Below, piece by piece: positions 30,841-37,720 of a stretch of DNA of 39,243 bases. The notes under the pieces were generated by a model that worked only from the letters and a program-made list of their open reading frames with translations, had not been told where the DNA came from and did no database searches. Source of the stretch: Octopus bimaculoides (Eukaryota); NCBI RefSeq assembly GCF_001194135.2, contig NC_069000.1, positions 18,265,159 through 18,304,401 on the forward strand, in the 5' to 3' direction. Each line of letters starts with the position of its first letter. The first letter of the stretch is position 1. Made by a program: the position numbers and the translations under genes.

Positions 30841-33072
30841 CTCTCTCTCTCTCTCTTTCACACACACATGTGCAAATGTGCATACACATACATGTATGTA
30901 ATTACATAAGCTGCAATGTATAACTAAAAAGAAATAAACTACTTGATACATTTAGTTTATCTATTCATTTGTTAGAAGGTGAAGTTTCACTCTTTTGCTA
31001 TACTGAATTTCTTGACCAGACATCTTTTCCCCAGTGAGAAAGTGAAACTCCAACTTTTAGCAAATGAATTTACACTCGTGCACTTAAATCTTCATTGATG
31101 ACATTAACCATCTTCTTCATTTGTGGTTCTTTTCCTAACTCACAACCTTACCTTTGATGTGCAGCTCCAGTTGCAAACAGATAGATAAATTTAGTATATT
31201 TGCAGATTTGGAGGAAGCAGATTCAACTTTCACAGACACACACACACACACACACTCTCTCTTTCTCTCTCTCTCTCTCTTTCTCTCTTTCTTGTTATTT
31301 GCATTGATTTTCTGTTTTTTGCTTCAGATTAAGGAAATGCCAGACAAAATTAACCAATACTTGTTGTCTTGTATGTCATTCTACAACAGTATTTGGGCAG
31401 AAATTCGTGCCAATTCCGCTATGTTTTCAGGTAACGACAATACTTAAATGATTTTTGGCTGTCTTTCCTAAAGCAAAATTTCCATCCCTCAATTATTTCA
31501 CATATAGTTTCTATATATCTCAACATTTACTGAATAATTTTATAATCATCATCTTCATTTTATATGTTTTTCCATGCTAGAATAGGTTTGGCAGGTCTTT
31601 TCTAGCAAAGTAACTTTACTCTTGTCACGGTCCAACAGTCGTCATAGTTATTTTTTTGTGAAGATCACCATCTTCATATCAACCATTACCATTTTTTCCA
31701 CACGTCCTATTCCTAAAACCCTTCCCATTTGGATCATTTGACAATTTTTCACTTCTTCACCAAGCTATGAGCCTTCACGCACAATACATGACCAGGCAGA
31801 AGTACAGTTATGTGGTAAAAAGCTTGCTTCCCAACCGCATGGTTCTATGCGCAGTCCCTCTGCATGGCATGTTGAACATGTCTTTTACCGTAGCCTCAGG
31901 TGACCAAAGCTTTGTGAGTGGATTTGGTAGACAGAAACTGGAAGAAGCCTGTCATATATGTATGTGTGTGTGTGTCTGTGTTTGTCCACCACCATTGCTT
32001 GACAACCATTGTTGGTGTGTTGATATCCTCATAACATAGTGGTTCAGCAAAAGATATTGATAGAATAAGTACCAGGCTTATAAAAAACAAAACCTAGGGT
32101 CAGTCCATTCTCCTAAAAATTCTTCAAGGTGGTGCCTCAGTATGGCTGCAGTCTAATAACTGAAACAAGTAAAAGATAAATGCCAAAAGATATCAATGTA
32201 AGGTTTCTATTTTCATGGCTTTCACAAGCCATCCGTTAACAATCAATTTTCTTAGTAACCATCAGGTTTTAAGGTATGTTTTCTTGTCAAGGGCCTTCTC
32301 CTTGTCAACAAATACTACATATAGTGTTTTGCTCTAAGCCAAGAAACTTCTGTAGTTGGTTCACTAAGAAGAGGATGTCAGATGTTCCTGTGCTAGCATC
32401 AAGCTAAATTGCATCTCATCTACACTAATTTTACCTTGATAGCTGCAATATAATTCTGCACTTCTTTAAAGCATCTCCTTTGCGCTTGTAGCAGTTGACA
32501 ATGATACTGCTACACCATCTGTTGGTGGAAGTAATACCTCCTTGCACCACCAGATTAACTAGGATGTCTCCTATTTTCACCATTTATATTCAACATCCAT
32601 GGCCCTGAAAGGTCTATTATTTTAACTGCCTTCCTATGCTTAATGGTTCTTTCAACAACATAGCAGTAAACCTTGATAGCTGGTTCTTCTATTGAGTTCA
32701 TGCGGGGCAATCCTTCTCTCTCTCTCTCTCTCTCCTCCTCCTCCTCACATGACAACCACTTTTAGGAACACATCCATACCTCTTTCTACAGATTCACGAT
32801 GACACTACCTCACAGTTCAGAACACTTCACAACACAAACCATTTTATTTTGGTTTCTTTCCTTGCTAACATATACCTGACACCTAGCTAACCTTTCTAGC
32901 TTCCTGCTATCATTTCTTACCCACCTCTTTCTTTCAATAATCTGACAACTATACTCCATTTTAAAACTAGGGAGCAGGTTCTAAAGGATCTATTTTACTT
33001 TTCCAGGTTTTCTCCTTGGGAATTTGACGAAGGAAAGCTACAGCACTTTGCCCCGGGAACATATATGCACAG
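427..33072 (+). CDS. MROH1: MROH1/HEATR7A orthologue, partial: 17 visible coding exons, 2194 nt (~731 codons). The 5' part, one internal exon and the last exon are not visible.
   Basis: Exons joined by hand stay in frame through all GT-AG junctions. The peptide is collinear with the C-terminal half of human MROH1 as I recall it: KDLTPNGL~RNMTPQGL, IPRCSDP~SPRCADL, VAKKLP~IAKRLP, QRIVTAAFYAE~QRVTTTAFLAE, CIRGLGNIA~VLRGLANLA, LLLHLND~LLLHLQD, YGEFMN~FGEFLN, WAEIRANS~WENVRAAA. Confidence 0.93.
507..1413 (+). other. U12-type (minor spliceosome) GT-AG intron, 907 nt, phase 2
   Basis: The 5' splice site GTATCCTTT (507-515) is the U12 consensus. A branch-site-like TCCCTTGAC lies at 1384-1392, ahead of the AG at 1412-1413. 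Confidence 0.85.
803..905 (+). mobile_element. Degraded 5' part of SINE family A
   Basis: agcttgcttt...ccacatg...ttcagtc...ttgggcaagtgtcttct matches the head of the intact copy at 3659. Confidence 0.6.
1414..1651 (+). CDS. MROH1: MROH1 exon b (QLDPKLNEKEVEDLVESATTNVLSLP...RKDLTPNGLESIFK)
   Basis: Lies inside ORF 1379..1699. Acceptor tttataag at 1413, donor AAG|gtaaat. Confidence 0.92.
1841..2895. mobile_element. Solo LTR (Gypsy- or BEL-like), 1055 bp
   Basis: Begins TGTAATAAAAC and ends GTTTCATTACA (10/11 inverted match, TG...CA termini). Flanked by a 4-bp direct repeat AATT (1837-1840 and 2896-2899). CpG-rich compared with the flanks. Confidence 0.78.
3292..3402 (+). CDS. MROH1: MROH1 exon c (HLKIWLSSSSDFHRERVLETWLLLLRFFRENVNPVNT)
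   Basis: Acceptor ctattttcag, donor gtgagt, 111 nt. Similar to human HLSPWIKSPRGHERARAL. Confidence 0.92.
3477..4110. mobile_element. piggyBac-type MITE with TTAA target duplication, interrupted by a SINE
   Basis: TTAA|CCCTTTAGCATT ... AATGCTAAAGGG|TTAA. Homologous to the uninterrupted copies at 4582 and 18291. Confidence 0.78.
3659..4073 (+). mobile_element. Full-length tRNA-derived SINE, family A
   Basis: Head GGCGCAGGAGTGACTGTGTGG with a B-box-like GGTTCAGTCCC, an internal TA/TG microsatellite, and tail GACTGAAACAAGTAAAAGAG. Many copies in the window. Confidence 0.88.
4582..4797. mobile_element. piggyBac-type MITE, uninterrupted copy (216 bp)
   Basis: ctaa|CCCTTTAGCATT ... ACACTAAAGGG|TTAA. 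Confidence 0.75.
4990..5400 (+). mobile_element. Two tandem copies of SINE family C (partial 4990-5130; near-complete 5183-5400)
   Basis: Shared GAGTTCAAATTCxGCxxAGGTxxACTTTGCCTTTCATCC core and CCAAAATTTGAAACC tail. Other copies at 8602, 21462, 27911 and 33438. Confidence 0.8.
5490..5619 (+). CDS. MROH1: MROH1 exon d (SDFSNIGIFLANLIPRCSDPVIKVRKLSLNCVHTILESAMIME+g)
   Basis: Acceptor taattgcag, donor gtcagt, 130 nt, ends in phase 1. Lies inside ORF 5484..5705. Confidence 0.93.
5743..5920 (-). mobile_element. 3' half of SINE family A
   Basis: tttacttgtttcagtcatttga...ggacaaacac is the reverse complement of the family A tail. Confidence 0.75.
5961..6300 (-). mobile_element. Truncated Tc1/mariner (maT-like) DNA transposon: transposase C-terminus plus one TIR
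   Basis: The minus strand at 6289-6083 reads PDCNPLDYYVWGTAEQETNKSPCNTKDELKTSIVAAFTNIKKETVQKRCRRFQSHLEAVVEAIGDFIE*, a variant of the SPDLNPxDY motif. The terminus TA|CAGGGTG is at 5959-5967. Confidence 0.88.
6386..6495 (+). CDS. MROH1: MROH1 exon e (GENPHNDVMLNGFQTLNERIEKSDTNVLFVVAVDISK)
   Basis: Acceptor ttttatatctcag, donor gtaaga, 110 nt. Phase 1 to 0 fits both neighbours. Confidence 0.88.
6697..7164 (-). mobile_element. Full-length SINE family A, young copy
   Basis: Reverse complement of 3659-4073, about 95% identical by eye over the head. Has an expanded CA/TA microsatellite. Confidence 0.9.
7420..7843 (+). mobile_element. Two tandem 3' fragments of retroposon family D (AGGAAGGGCATCCAGC...ATGGAAA.GGA.GTTAAA-(GAT)n)
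   Basis: Same tail as the copies at 13596, 28700 and 29840, ending in GAT repeats. Confidence 0.7.
8400..8552 (+). CDS. MROH1: MROH1 exon f (VVAKKLPKTQLMSFLSVLEEGLVDSMAHSSSGSCVMLTSLMKQRGRELRED)
   Basis: Acceptor gtgacag, donor gtaagt, 153 nt. Overlaps ORF 8403..8594. Confidence 0.94.
8602..8790 (+). mobile_element. SINE family C
   Basis: GGCAGTGAGCTGGCAGAA head, core and TTTGAAACC tail. Starts 50 nt after the exon f donor. Confidence 0.82.
8860..9275 (-). mobile_element. Degenerate L1/Tx1-clade LINE ORF2 fragment (region after the RT domain)
   Basis: ORF 8744..9112 reads VPCP...FHFLWKG...VRRSICCQ...GGLGM...ALRL, with LLxVWFGxDLQ upstream. This pattern is typical of L1/Tx1 ORF2. Confidence 0.7.
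9278..9420. repeat. (AAT)n-based microsatellite
   Basis: Directly visible. It is the source of the poly-I and poly-L ORFs. Confidence 0.95.
9515..9716. repeat. (TC)n/(TCTG)n compound microsatellite just upstream of exon g
   Basis: Directly visible. Confidence 0.95.
9760..9914 (+). CDS. MROH1: MROH1 exon g (VSTIIETLHQRLEYIQHSQSRTGTLRALRTVISQHLPVALKCLLAYPIPYD+ac)
   Basis: Acceptor ttctcattgaag, donor gtaagt, 155 nt, ends in phase 2. Similar to human VPEIVSVLRSKL...LLGSPLPLD. Confidence 0.92.
11035..11191 (+). CDS. MROH1: MROH1 exon h (NICAIWCCLAEDPQLVTTIVDQLLENLLAQRPYEERTDNKESSHYALIGPLS)
   Basis: Acceptor tttattttcag, donor gtgagt, 157 nt. Lies inside ORF 11012..11233. Confidence 0.93.
11173..11650 (+). 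repeat. Degenerate 38-bp tandem repeat (about 12-13 units) starting inside exon h
   Basis: Units of TTT(G/C)ATTGGTCCATTTTCTGTGAATC... start at 11173, 11211, 11249, 11282, 11318, 11356, 11394 and 11432, then continue more degenerately. Confidence 0.8.
12108..12245 (+). CDS. MROH1: MROH1 exon i (VMCAFEQMLTVAQTESVVIDQFHRLFSAMILIVGSLAGAKPPRSTR)
   Basis: Acceptor ccatatttcag, donor gtaagt, 138 nt. Similar to human ATCALFEVMS...YPQLFVVLLLRV. Confidence 0.92.
13096..13157 (+). CDS. MROH1: MROH1 exon j (NDNEPRKTSALGNISFIQPS+ag)
   Basis: Acceptor tatttccacag, donor gtgaaa, 62 nt. Its phase 0 to 2 is needed to join exons i and k. It falls in a poorly conserved linker. Confidence 0.78.
13596..13743 (+). 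mobile_element. Retroposon family D 3' end with (GAT)n tail, young copy
   Basis: AGGAAGGGCATCCAGCTGTAGAAAC...GCATGGAAAGCGGACGTTAAAC(GAT)n with CpGs retained. Confidence 0.82.
13906..14043 (+). CDS. MROH1: MROH1 exon k (LVVKAFGMLLERANLKDVTNYLQEHSYWTMFEDPDNYPEAFTALA+ag)
   Basis: Acceptor tttattacag, donor gtgagc, 138 nt. Lies inside ORF 13793..14047. Confidence 0.92.
14200..14510 (-). mobile_element. RTE-clade LINE, degenerate ORF C-terminus
   Basis: ORF 14289..14471 reads IREFLQVE..L.IDRSQHQCYGHVIRM.QER..KQIL...RP..RP, matching the RTE consensus QLRWxGHVxRM...RPRGRP. Confidence 0.8.
15958..16087 (+). mobile_element. SINE family A, 5' part only
   Basis: Head through CCAAAGCCTTG matches family A. 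Confidence 0.75.
16253..16658 (+). mobile_element. Full-length SINE family A ending ~75 nt before exon l
   Basis: Head, internal TG repeat and GACTGAAACAAGTAAAA tail are all present. Confidence 0.85.
16732..16846 (+). CDS. MROH1: MROH1 exon l (TLSQNNPNFIPQIVITLHPALPSYHEPQRIVTAAFYAE)
   Basis: Acceptor atcttttacag, donor gtaaat, 115 nt. QRIVTAAFYAE matches human QRVTTTAFLAE. Confidence 0.93.
18291..18514. mobile_element. piggyBac-type MITE, third and more diverged copy
   Basis: TTAA|CTCTTTAACAT ... AAGGG|TTAA. Collinear with 4582-4797. Confidence 0.72.
18900..19125 (+). mobile_element. Possible degenerate CR1/L2-like LINE ORF2 3' end
   Basis: ORF 18949..19143 reads FFLPRTTILLNSFPA, resembling the SFFPRTxxLWNSLP motif. 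Confidence 0.4.
19335..19600 (-). mobile_element. RTE-like LINE 3' ORF remnant with stops
   Basis: The minus strand reads EIRCRHWKWTRHVL*KDQESDC...PEG*R..G.PKTTW, resembling RRWKWIGHVLR...WxPEGKRxxGRPKxTW. Confidence 0.68.
20175..20321 (+). CDS. MROH1: MROH1 exon m (LINQKCPEKTVLIESIINGLLSRMVDSSHIVRMYCIRGLGNIASMGKDL)
   Basis: Acceptor atttttacag, donor gtaagt, 147 nt. Has a HEAT-repeat D-x4-VR-x4-RGLGN pattern. Confidence 0.94.
20420..21460. repeat. G/T-rich minisatellite with a core 22-bp unit TAAGATGTTGGTTGTAAAGTCT
   Basis: Exact 22-bp periodicity at about 20960-21070 (units at 21001 and 21023), with degenerate units on both sides. Confidence 0.88.
21462..21674 (+). mobile_element. SINE family C
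   Basis: Head, core and tail match the copies at 5183 and 8602. Confidence 0.82.
22117..22243. mobile_element. 127-bp Tc1/mariner-type MITE
   Basis: 31-bp TIRs match at 28/31: CATGGTATCCACAAAGTCTGGGTACATGGAG and CCCCATGTACCCAGACTTTGTGGACACCCTG. TA lies on both sides. Confidence 0.88.
22760..22990 (-). mobile_element. Possible decayed LINE apurinic-endonuclease fragment
   Basis: ORF 22759..22962 reads DDDINAY...APKSDVAVI...GANRIMNKGAF, loosely like RTE endonuclease D..K..FY...PKxDxxxxxGDxNAxVG. The catalytic GDFN motif is not intact. Confidence 0.35.
23046..23281. mobile_element. Left end of a hAT-like non-autonomous element running towards the gap
   Basis: CAGGGGTTTTCAAACTTTTT...GGACCCC is a typical hAT terminus. 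The partner end is not seen. Confidence 0.5.
23794..24085. repeat. (CAT)n-rich tandem duplication, period 195 bp
   Basis: AGCAATATTACCATTACTGTGGTT...ATATTACCATCATCATCA occurs at 23794 and 23989, nearly identical over ~85 bp. Confidence 0.85.
24486..24641 (+). CDS. MROH1: MROH1 exon o (EVPCVRAEAILLFGNLSRFGGGQSKAAILEQIHSNFVSLLLHLNDAEVDVRK)
   Basis: Long pyrimidine tract ending ctctacag, donor gtaaaa, 156 nt. Confidence 0.94.
24797..25259. repeat. Long inverted repeat (foldback): 188-bp arms (24797-24984 and 25072-25259) with an 87-bp loop
   Basis: The arms align without gaps with 22 mismatches by my count (~88%). Confidence 0.92.
25680..27020 (-). mobile_element. SINE family A split into 25680-25905 and 26783-27020 by an inserted TIR element
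   Basis: The tail half and head half are on the same strand and both abut a CA/TA microsatellite at the break. Confidence 0.7.
25906..26782. mobile_element. Unclassified TIR element with TA flanks, containing a second SINE A (26207 into the gap)
   Basis: TA|GGTGGAATTCTGGTTT ... AAACCAGAATTCCATC|TA, plus extended subterminal inverted similarity (TTTTGGAATTTTCAGAAAATT / AATTTTCTGAAAATTCCAAAA). Confidence 0.7.
27255..27735 (+). mobile_element. Two tandem copies of dispersed repeat family B (TTTAGCCCxAAGTCA...GGAGAxTTGGCTGCTATTTCTAGC)
   Basis: Related fragments lie at about 4810-4965 (+), 15350-15560 (-), 18690-18850 (-), 22540-22620 (-) and 26040-26095 (+). Class unknown. Confidence 0.55.
27911..28140 (+). 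mobile_element. SINE family C variant with a different 3' tail, ending ~30 nt before exon p
   Basis: Head and core match family C. The tail TTAATCCCTTTGTCTGTCC...GGGCAATAAAG differs from the other copies. Confidence 0.75.
28170..28304 (+). CDS. MROH1: MROH1 exon p (ACKFTLRSLGSLLDCPKIDEKFQKLLLDDANLYYGEFMNDISKLI)
   Basis: Acceptor tctatttccag, donor gtaaga, 135 nt. Similar to human ACRFALRMCGPNL...LHFGEFLN. Confidence 0.94.
28455..28853 (+). mobile_element. Retroposon family D copy with a ~29-bp internal tandem array (ATGCACCCATGCCAGTGCTGCATAA)
   Basis: About 7-8 units at 28455-28680, followed by the CACTACACTCT...AGGAAGGGCATCCAGC...(GAT)n tail. Confidence 0.75.
28868..29135 (-). mobile_element. 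Retroposon family D-related copy, inverted and tail-to-tail with the previous one
   Basis: catcatcaatttt...ccatactgacatgg...atagctggatg is the reverse complement of the family D tail. Confidence 0.6.
29641..29988 (+). mobile_element. Retroposon family D copy with three ~66-68-bp internal repeats
   Basis: Units start at 29641, 29709 and 29775 (TGCCAGTG..CTGACTGGCTCCC..GTGGCA..TAAAAAGCA), followed by the standard tail. Confidence 0.8.
31328..31430 (+). CDS. MROH1: MROH1 exon q (IKEMPDKINQYLLSCMSFYNSIWAEIRANSAMFS+g)
   Basis: Acceptor ttttgcttcag, donor gtaacg, 103 nt. Lies inside ORF 31154..31447. Confidence 0.93.
31793..32179 (+). mobile_element. Full-length SINE family A, diverged
   Basis: Head, internal TG repeat and tail are present. 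Confidence 0.82.
32275..32700 (-). mobile_element. Degenerate RTE-type reverse transcriptase fragment
   Basis: The minus strand reads WCSSIIVNCYKRKGDAL...VDEMQF...LYVVFVDKEKALD with stops and frameshifts. This resembles RT domains 1-3 of RTE (YKGKGD, EMQFGF, FVDxEKAFD). Confidence 0.78.
33007..33072 (+). CDS. MROH1: MROH1 exon r (GFLLGNLTKESYSTLPREHICT+g)
   Basis: Acceptor ttacttttccag, donor gtagtt, 66 nt, phase 1 to 1. Similar to human GFLVLH...VDLDQLIA. Confidence 0.88.
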
Positions 33073-33437
33073 GTAGTTAATGCAGGAACTTACCTTTAAT
33101 TATATCACATAATGATTTTTTACTGTATTGCTGCATGATTGGTATCATACTATCAACTGCTGGTGCACATATATTATTCATTTATATACCATATTGATAA
33201 TGTGACACATATACTGTGTTTTAATATTGCTAATACTTCAATTTTACCCATGTAATGTAATATGTTATAATATCTTTATAAGATATATGATTGCTGGTGT
33301 AACTTATGATATTACTGATACAATTTATCAAGACAACATATGTATGGTTTGTTAATTTTTATATCATTACTTCATTTTGTATTGCTGTTTTTGATTACAC
33401 AACTGTTATGTTATTTATATAATATTAGGTAATTATA

Positions 33438-33651
33438 GGGCAACAAGCTGGCAGAATTGTTAGCATGCTGAACAAAATGTTTAGCAGCATTTCATCCGTC
33501 TCCATGTTCTGAACTCAAAATCTGTTGAGGTTGACTTTGCTTTTCATCTTTTTGGGTGTCAATAAAATAAATACTAGTTGAGCACAGGGGTTGATATAAT
33601 CAACTTACCCACTCCCTTGGACTTCCTGGCCCTATGCCAGAATTTGAAACC
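33438..33651 (+). mobile_element. SINE family C
   Basis: Head, core and tail match the other copies. Confidence 0.8.
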
Positions 33652-34120
33652 AATATAATATTAAATACTATTTATGGTAATGATATTTATCATTTATAGT
33701 AATAGTATTTATCATTGCGATATTGCCAGTATTAATGGGTTGATAGTTTTATATTTTTGTGATAATGTGATATAATTTTAGTTTGCTTTCCATAAAGTGA
33801 GGACAGGACAACAGTTATCAGTTGCTTCGAGGTCTTTGTTTTCATTTGGATGCATTTTTGCCCATGTAAATGCTGAAGTGCACACTCTAGTTGCCATAAC
33901 TGTATAATTATTTTGTTAGTTTTCATTGATCCAACCATAGAAGTAGATTTTCAAGTCAAATAAGTGACAGCTACAACCGTAATGGGCAAGCATTTTTACA
34001 GTTGGTTGAATGGGTTTAGTGACACACCACTGGCTGTTAGTTTACATCACTGGTGCAAATGGCTGAGGGTAGTGCTAAGTAAGGCTTACTTAGGAGCACT
34101 ACCCTATTGTATAATATGAC

Positions 34121-34280
34121 AGGCACAGTCATAGCTGTGTGATTAAGAGGCTTGCTTCCCAACCATCTGGTCTTGGGTTCAATTCAACTGTGCAGCATGT
34201 TGGGTAAGTGTCTTCAACTATAGCCCCAGGCCAACCAAAGCCTTGTGGGTGGATTTGGTTGGTAGAAGTTGAAAGAAACC
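34121..34280 (+). mobile_element. SINE family A, 5' half
   Basis: Head through GAAAGAAACC matches family A. Confidence 0.72.
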
Positions 34281-34337
34281 AACCACTCATTGTGAAAACT
34301 AATAGAAAATCATCATATGGTACATGTATCTTTACAT

Positions 34338-34600
34338 CATCATCATTTTGCATCCATATTCCATGCTAGAATGGGTTGGATCATTTGACAGGATGCAACA
34401 GGTGAGAGGACTGTGTTGAGCTCCAGTGTCTATTTTGGCATGGTTTCTACAGTTGGATGGCCTTCCTAAAGCCAACCAATTTACAGAGCATACTGGCTGC
34501 TTTGTTGTGTGTGTAACCAGCACTAGTGAGGTCACCAAATAGCTTGCAAAACAAGACTTCTTGATTGAGAGTGGTGAGGATTATTGAGGAAGGTGGCATA
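34338..34600 (-). mobile_element. Retroposon family D copy
   Basis: catcatcatttt...ttccatgctagaatgggttgga...ggatggccttcctaa is the reverse complement of the family D tail. Confidence 0.7.
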
Positions 34601-34925
34601 TACCAGCTAGAGTATGCTAGATGGATAGGAACAAATGTCTTGCTGATACATGGCTACCCTAGCTAGAAAAGGAGAGAAGATGGTGGTGATGAGTGTCCAG
34701 GCCCCCTCTGGGTACAAGAGTGTGAATACAAGAAGGATTTATTTATATATTATAGTTATCAGTTAGAACAGGTTTAATCAAGCATTATTAATAACAACCT
34801 TAATACATTCTATTGTATTTTGAGAGTCAATCTACATCATAGATATAGGCTTCGTAGAAAATTTAAAACTAAGAATCATCAGATCAACTTTTGTATCCGG
34901 TCAGCTCATTGTAATTTACAGTATG

Positions 34926-34958
<33 letters not shown>

Positions 34959-35875
34959 TGGCTTAAAAATTTTCTATCCGGTCAGCTCATTGCAATTTAT
35001 AATATATATCTTAATATCTTAATATGAAACCAACGGTAGCCTTAATACACAAATAAAAAACTTTTATCCACCAATATGGTGTTGAGCACTCATTTTCATT
35101 GTACGACCTTCATGCATATGTATATATATATATGTATAATAAACAGAAAACATATATAGTATAGTATTCAATGCTCCATTAGAAATAAATAAATTCCAGC
35201 AAAATGCTAAAACAATTACATAAGACGAGTAGAAACATTATGCAGTCATGCATTTTACCTCATCTGTGTTTGGCAATAAATACAACAATTGATGTTAAAG
35301 TTCCAATATATATATATTTTTCCCCTTATATAAATAATCAACAACTTTGCATGTCGCGTAAAACGTATGATTTGTTAATTATGATACCTTGTATGGCTGT
35401 TTTCGATTACATGACTAATATAATTAATCAACAACTTGGCCTGTCACGTAAAATTTGTGAGGTTGTTGATTATTTGCATAGTGAGGGTAAAATGTATATA
35501 TTTGAAGCCTTAACCTCATCGATTGTTGTATTTATTGCAGAACACTGATGAGGTGAAGTGCATTATTGCATAATGTTTCCACTACTCTTGTGTAATTATT
35601 TTGGTGTTTTGCTGAAATGCATGTATGTCCTTCATAGCACTGAATACCACACCTGTTTTCTGTCTGTTATTATCTCTATAATTTGGCTCATATTCTGCAC
35701 TCTAGCATGTCCCAGGTTTGATGCCCCTACTGAGCTCAGTTTTGGGTTGCATGTTGCATCTTACTGTGCCCCTTTTGGATTTTGTATATATGTATACAGT
35801 CGTCAAATAATCCATAAGTCAGAAAAAATATGCATTTGTATACTTGTCAGTGGTGCAGGCATATTAACCAAAATT

Positions 35876-36178
35876 GTTGTTGTTACTCCGTCGCTTATGA
35901 CGTCGAGGGTTCCAGTTGATCCGATCAATGGAACAGCCTGCTCGTGAAATTAACGTGCAAGTGGCTGAGCACTCCACAGACACGTGTACCCTTAACGTAG
36001 TTCTCGGGGATATTCAGCGTGACACAGTGTGACAAGGCTGACCCTTTGAATTACAGGCACAACAGAAACAGGAAGTAAGAGTGAGAGAAAGTTGTGGTAG
36101 AAGAGTACAGCAGGGTTTGCCACCATCTCCTGCCGGAGCCTCATGGAGCTTTAGGTGTTTTCGCTCAATAAACACTGC
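35876..36178 (-). mobile_element. CpG-retaining retroposon 3' end with an (ACA)n tail on the minus strand
   Basis: A sharp CpG-rich block starting at TTGTTGTTGTT on the + strand, with no ORF. Family not identified. Confidence 0.55.
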
Positions 36179-36679
36179 ATATCATATAATGAGATACTTG
36201 ATTACAGCACCGTCAAGTAAACCATGTGCTCTTTAGAGATGGCTCGTTTGGAAAAAGACATGGGGACTGCTCTCTGTTACATAAAGTTTTCAGTAGTTAA
36301 CATAACATTTACTTTTATCATCACTTCTCGTCACTCCAACATGAATGAATTCCAAAACATTTGCATGTCAAACATTAAATTATTCTACAATCTCTTTACA
36401 TTTTACAATTTTACTTCATTTCTTTCAAGTCTTATATTTCTTTTTTATATTTTTCTTCTGTCATGCTTTATCTTGTAATTATTTTCTGCATCTTATTTTC
36501 AATTTATTTCATTTTTTTTTTTTTTTGGTTGCATATTTTCTTTTTTTTTCTTTTTAATTTTAAATATTTTTACACTGTTGATCTTTAGGTTTCAATACTC
36601 GTGGTAAGTTTGTGCATGTCTCCGAAATTATCCTTAGTATACTGGCTTTTTAATTAATTTGTTTTCTTATAGCAATCGT

Positions 36680-36995
<316 letters not shown>

Positions 36996-37629
36996 GTATA
37001 TACTTGTATAAAAGTCAAATTTTTTAGACAATTTTTTAAGGTCAAATCTATGGGGTCAACTATTACAGGGATATTACTTTTGAGGGGCTGAAATTCAAGC
37101 TAGAATCTGAAGTACCATATCAGCAACAGAAGTCCAACTGATGTCTAAGCAAATAATAAAAACAAAAACACAATGAATTACAGCAATGCTACCAATTCTA
37201 TGCATCAAAACACATATCCTAGTAAAACATAAAGGTTTAGCTATTAATTGAATGTTTTTCGCCTTACCAAAGTCATGCCTTTGTATGAATTCAGACAGTG
37301 GCATTTGCCAGTGTTCACCAATAGAGTTGTCTGTGAAACACGTTTCTCACCATGTAAATAATGAGTGTATGATGCATTTGTTTATTGTGCTTGAAGATGT
37401 ATGCAGGCTTGCAGCATATCCTATGCATACATTTTAGAAATGGTGATGTAGCACCCATCAACAAATGTGTAGTGCTTGCTATTAAATGGTGTTTTACTAT
37501 AAGCGCCAAGCATTCCACCTATAGAGCAGGCTACAGTAAGGTAGCCACACAATTTGGTAACAGTCTTATTTCTACATACAGGATAATACGGTACCTTGAC
37601 CCACAAATGTTGTCCTGTGGTTTGTGAAA

Positions 37630-37720
37630 TACTTGGGTCGACTTTTATGCGGAGGTCTATGGAAAATTCCCAGTTTTTTAGCCAAAAATAGGGGGTTGAC
37701 TATTACTCAAGTATATATGG
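37630..37720. mobile_element. Possible terminus remnant of a pogo/Tigger-like TcMar element
   Basis: GGGTCGACTTTTAT...GGGGTTGACTATTACTCAAGTATATATGG resembles GGCTTATACTCGAGTATATACGG ends. A related motif lies at about 37052-37075. Confidence 0.35.

Noticed and set aside
36237-36478. EMARLEKDMGTAL... considered as the terminal MROH1 exon
   Set aside because: Apart from a KD dipeptide it lacks the VR..AAEA helix pattern, and it runs into low-complexity T-rich sequence.
37595-37614. 20-nt minus-strand segment flanked by CAG and GTAC, as a partner for the 37268-37330 candidate exon
   Set aside because: The donor is weak, the segment is very short, and it adjoins a probable transposon terminus.
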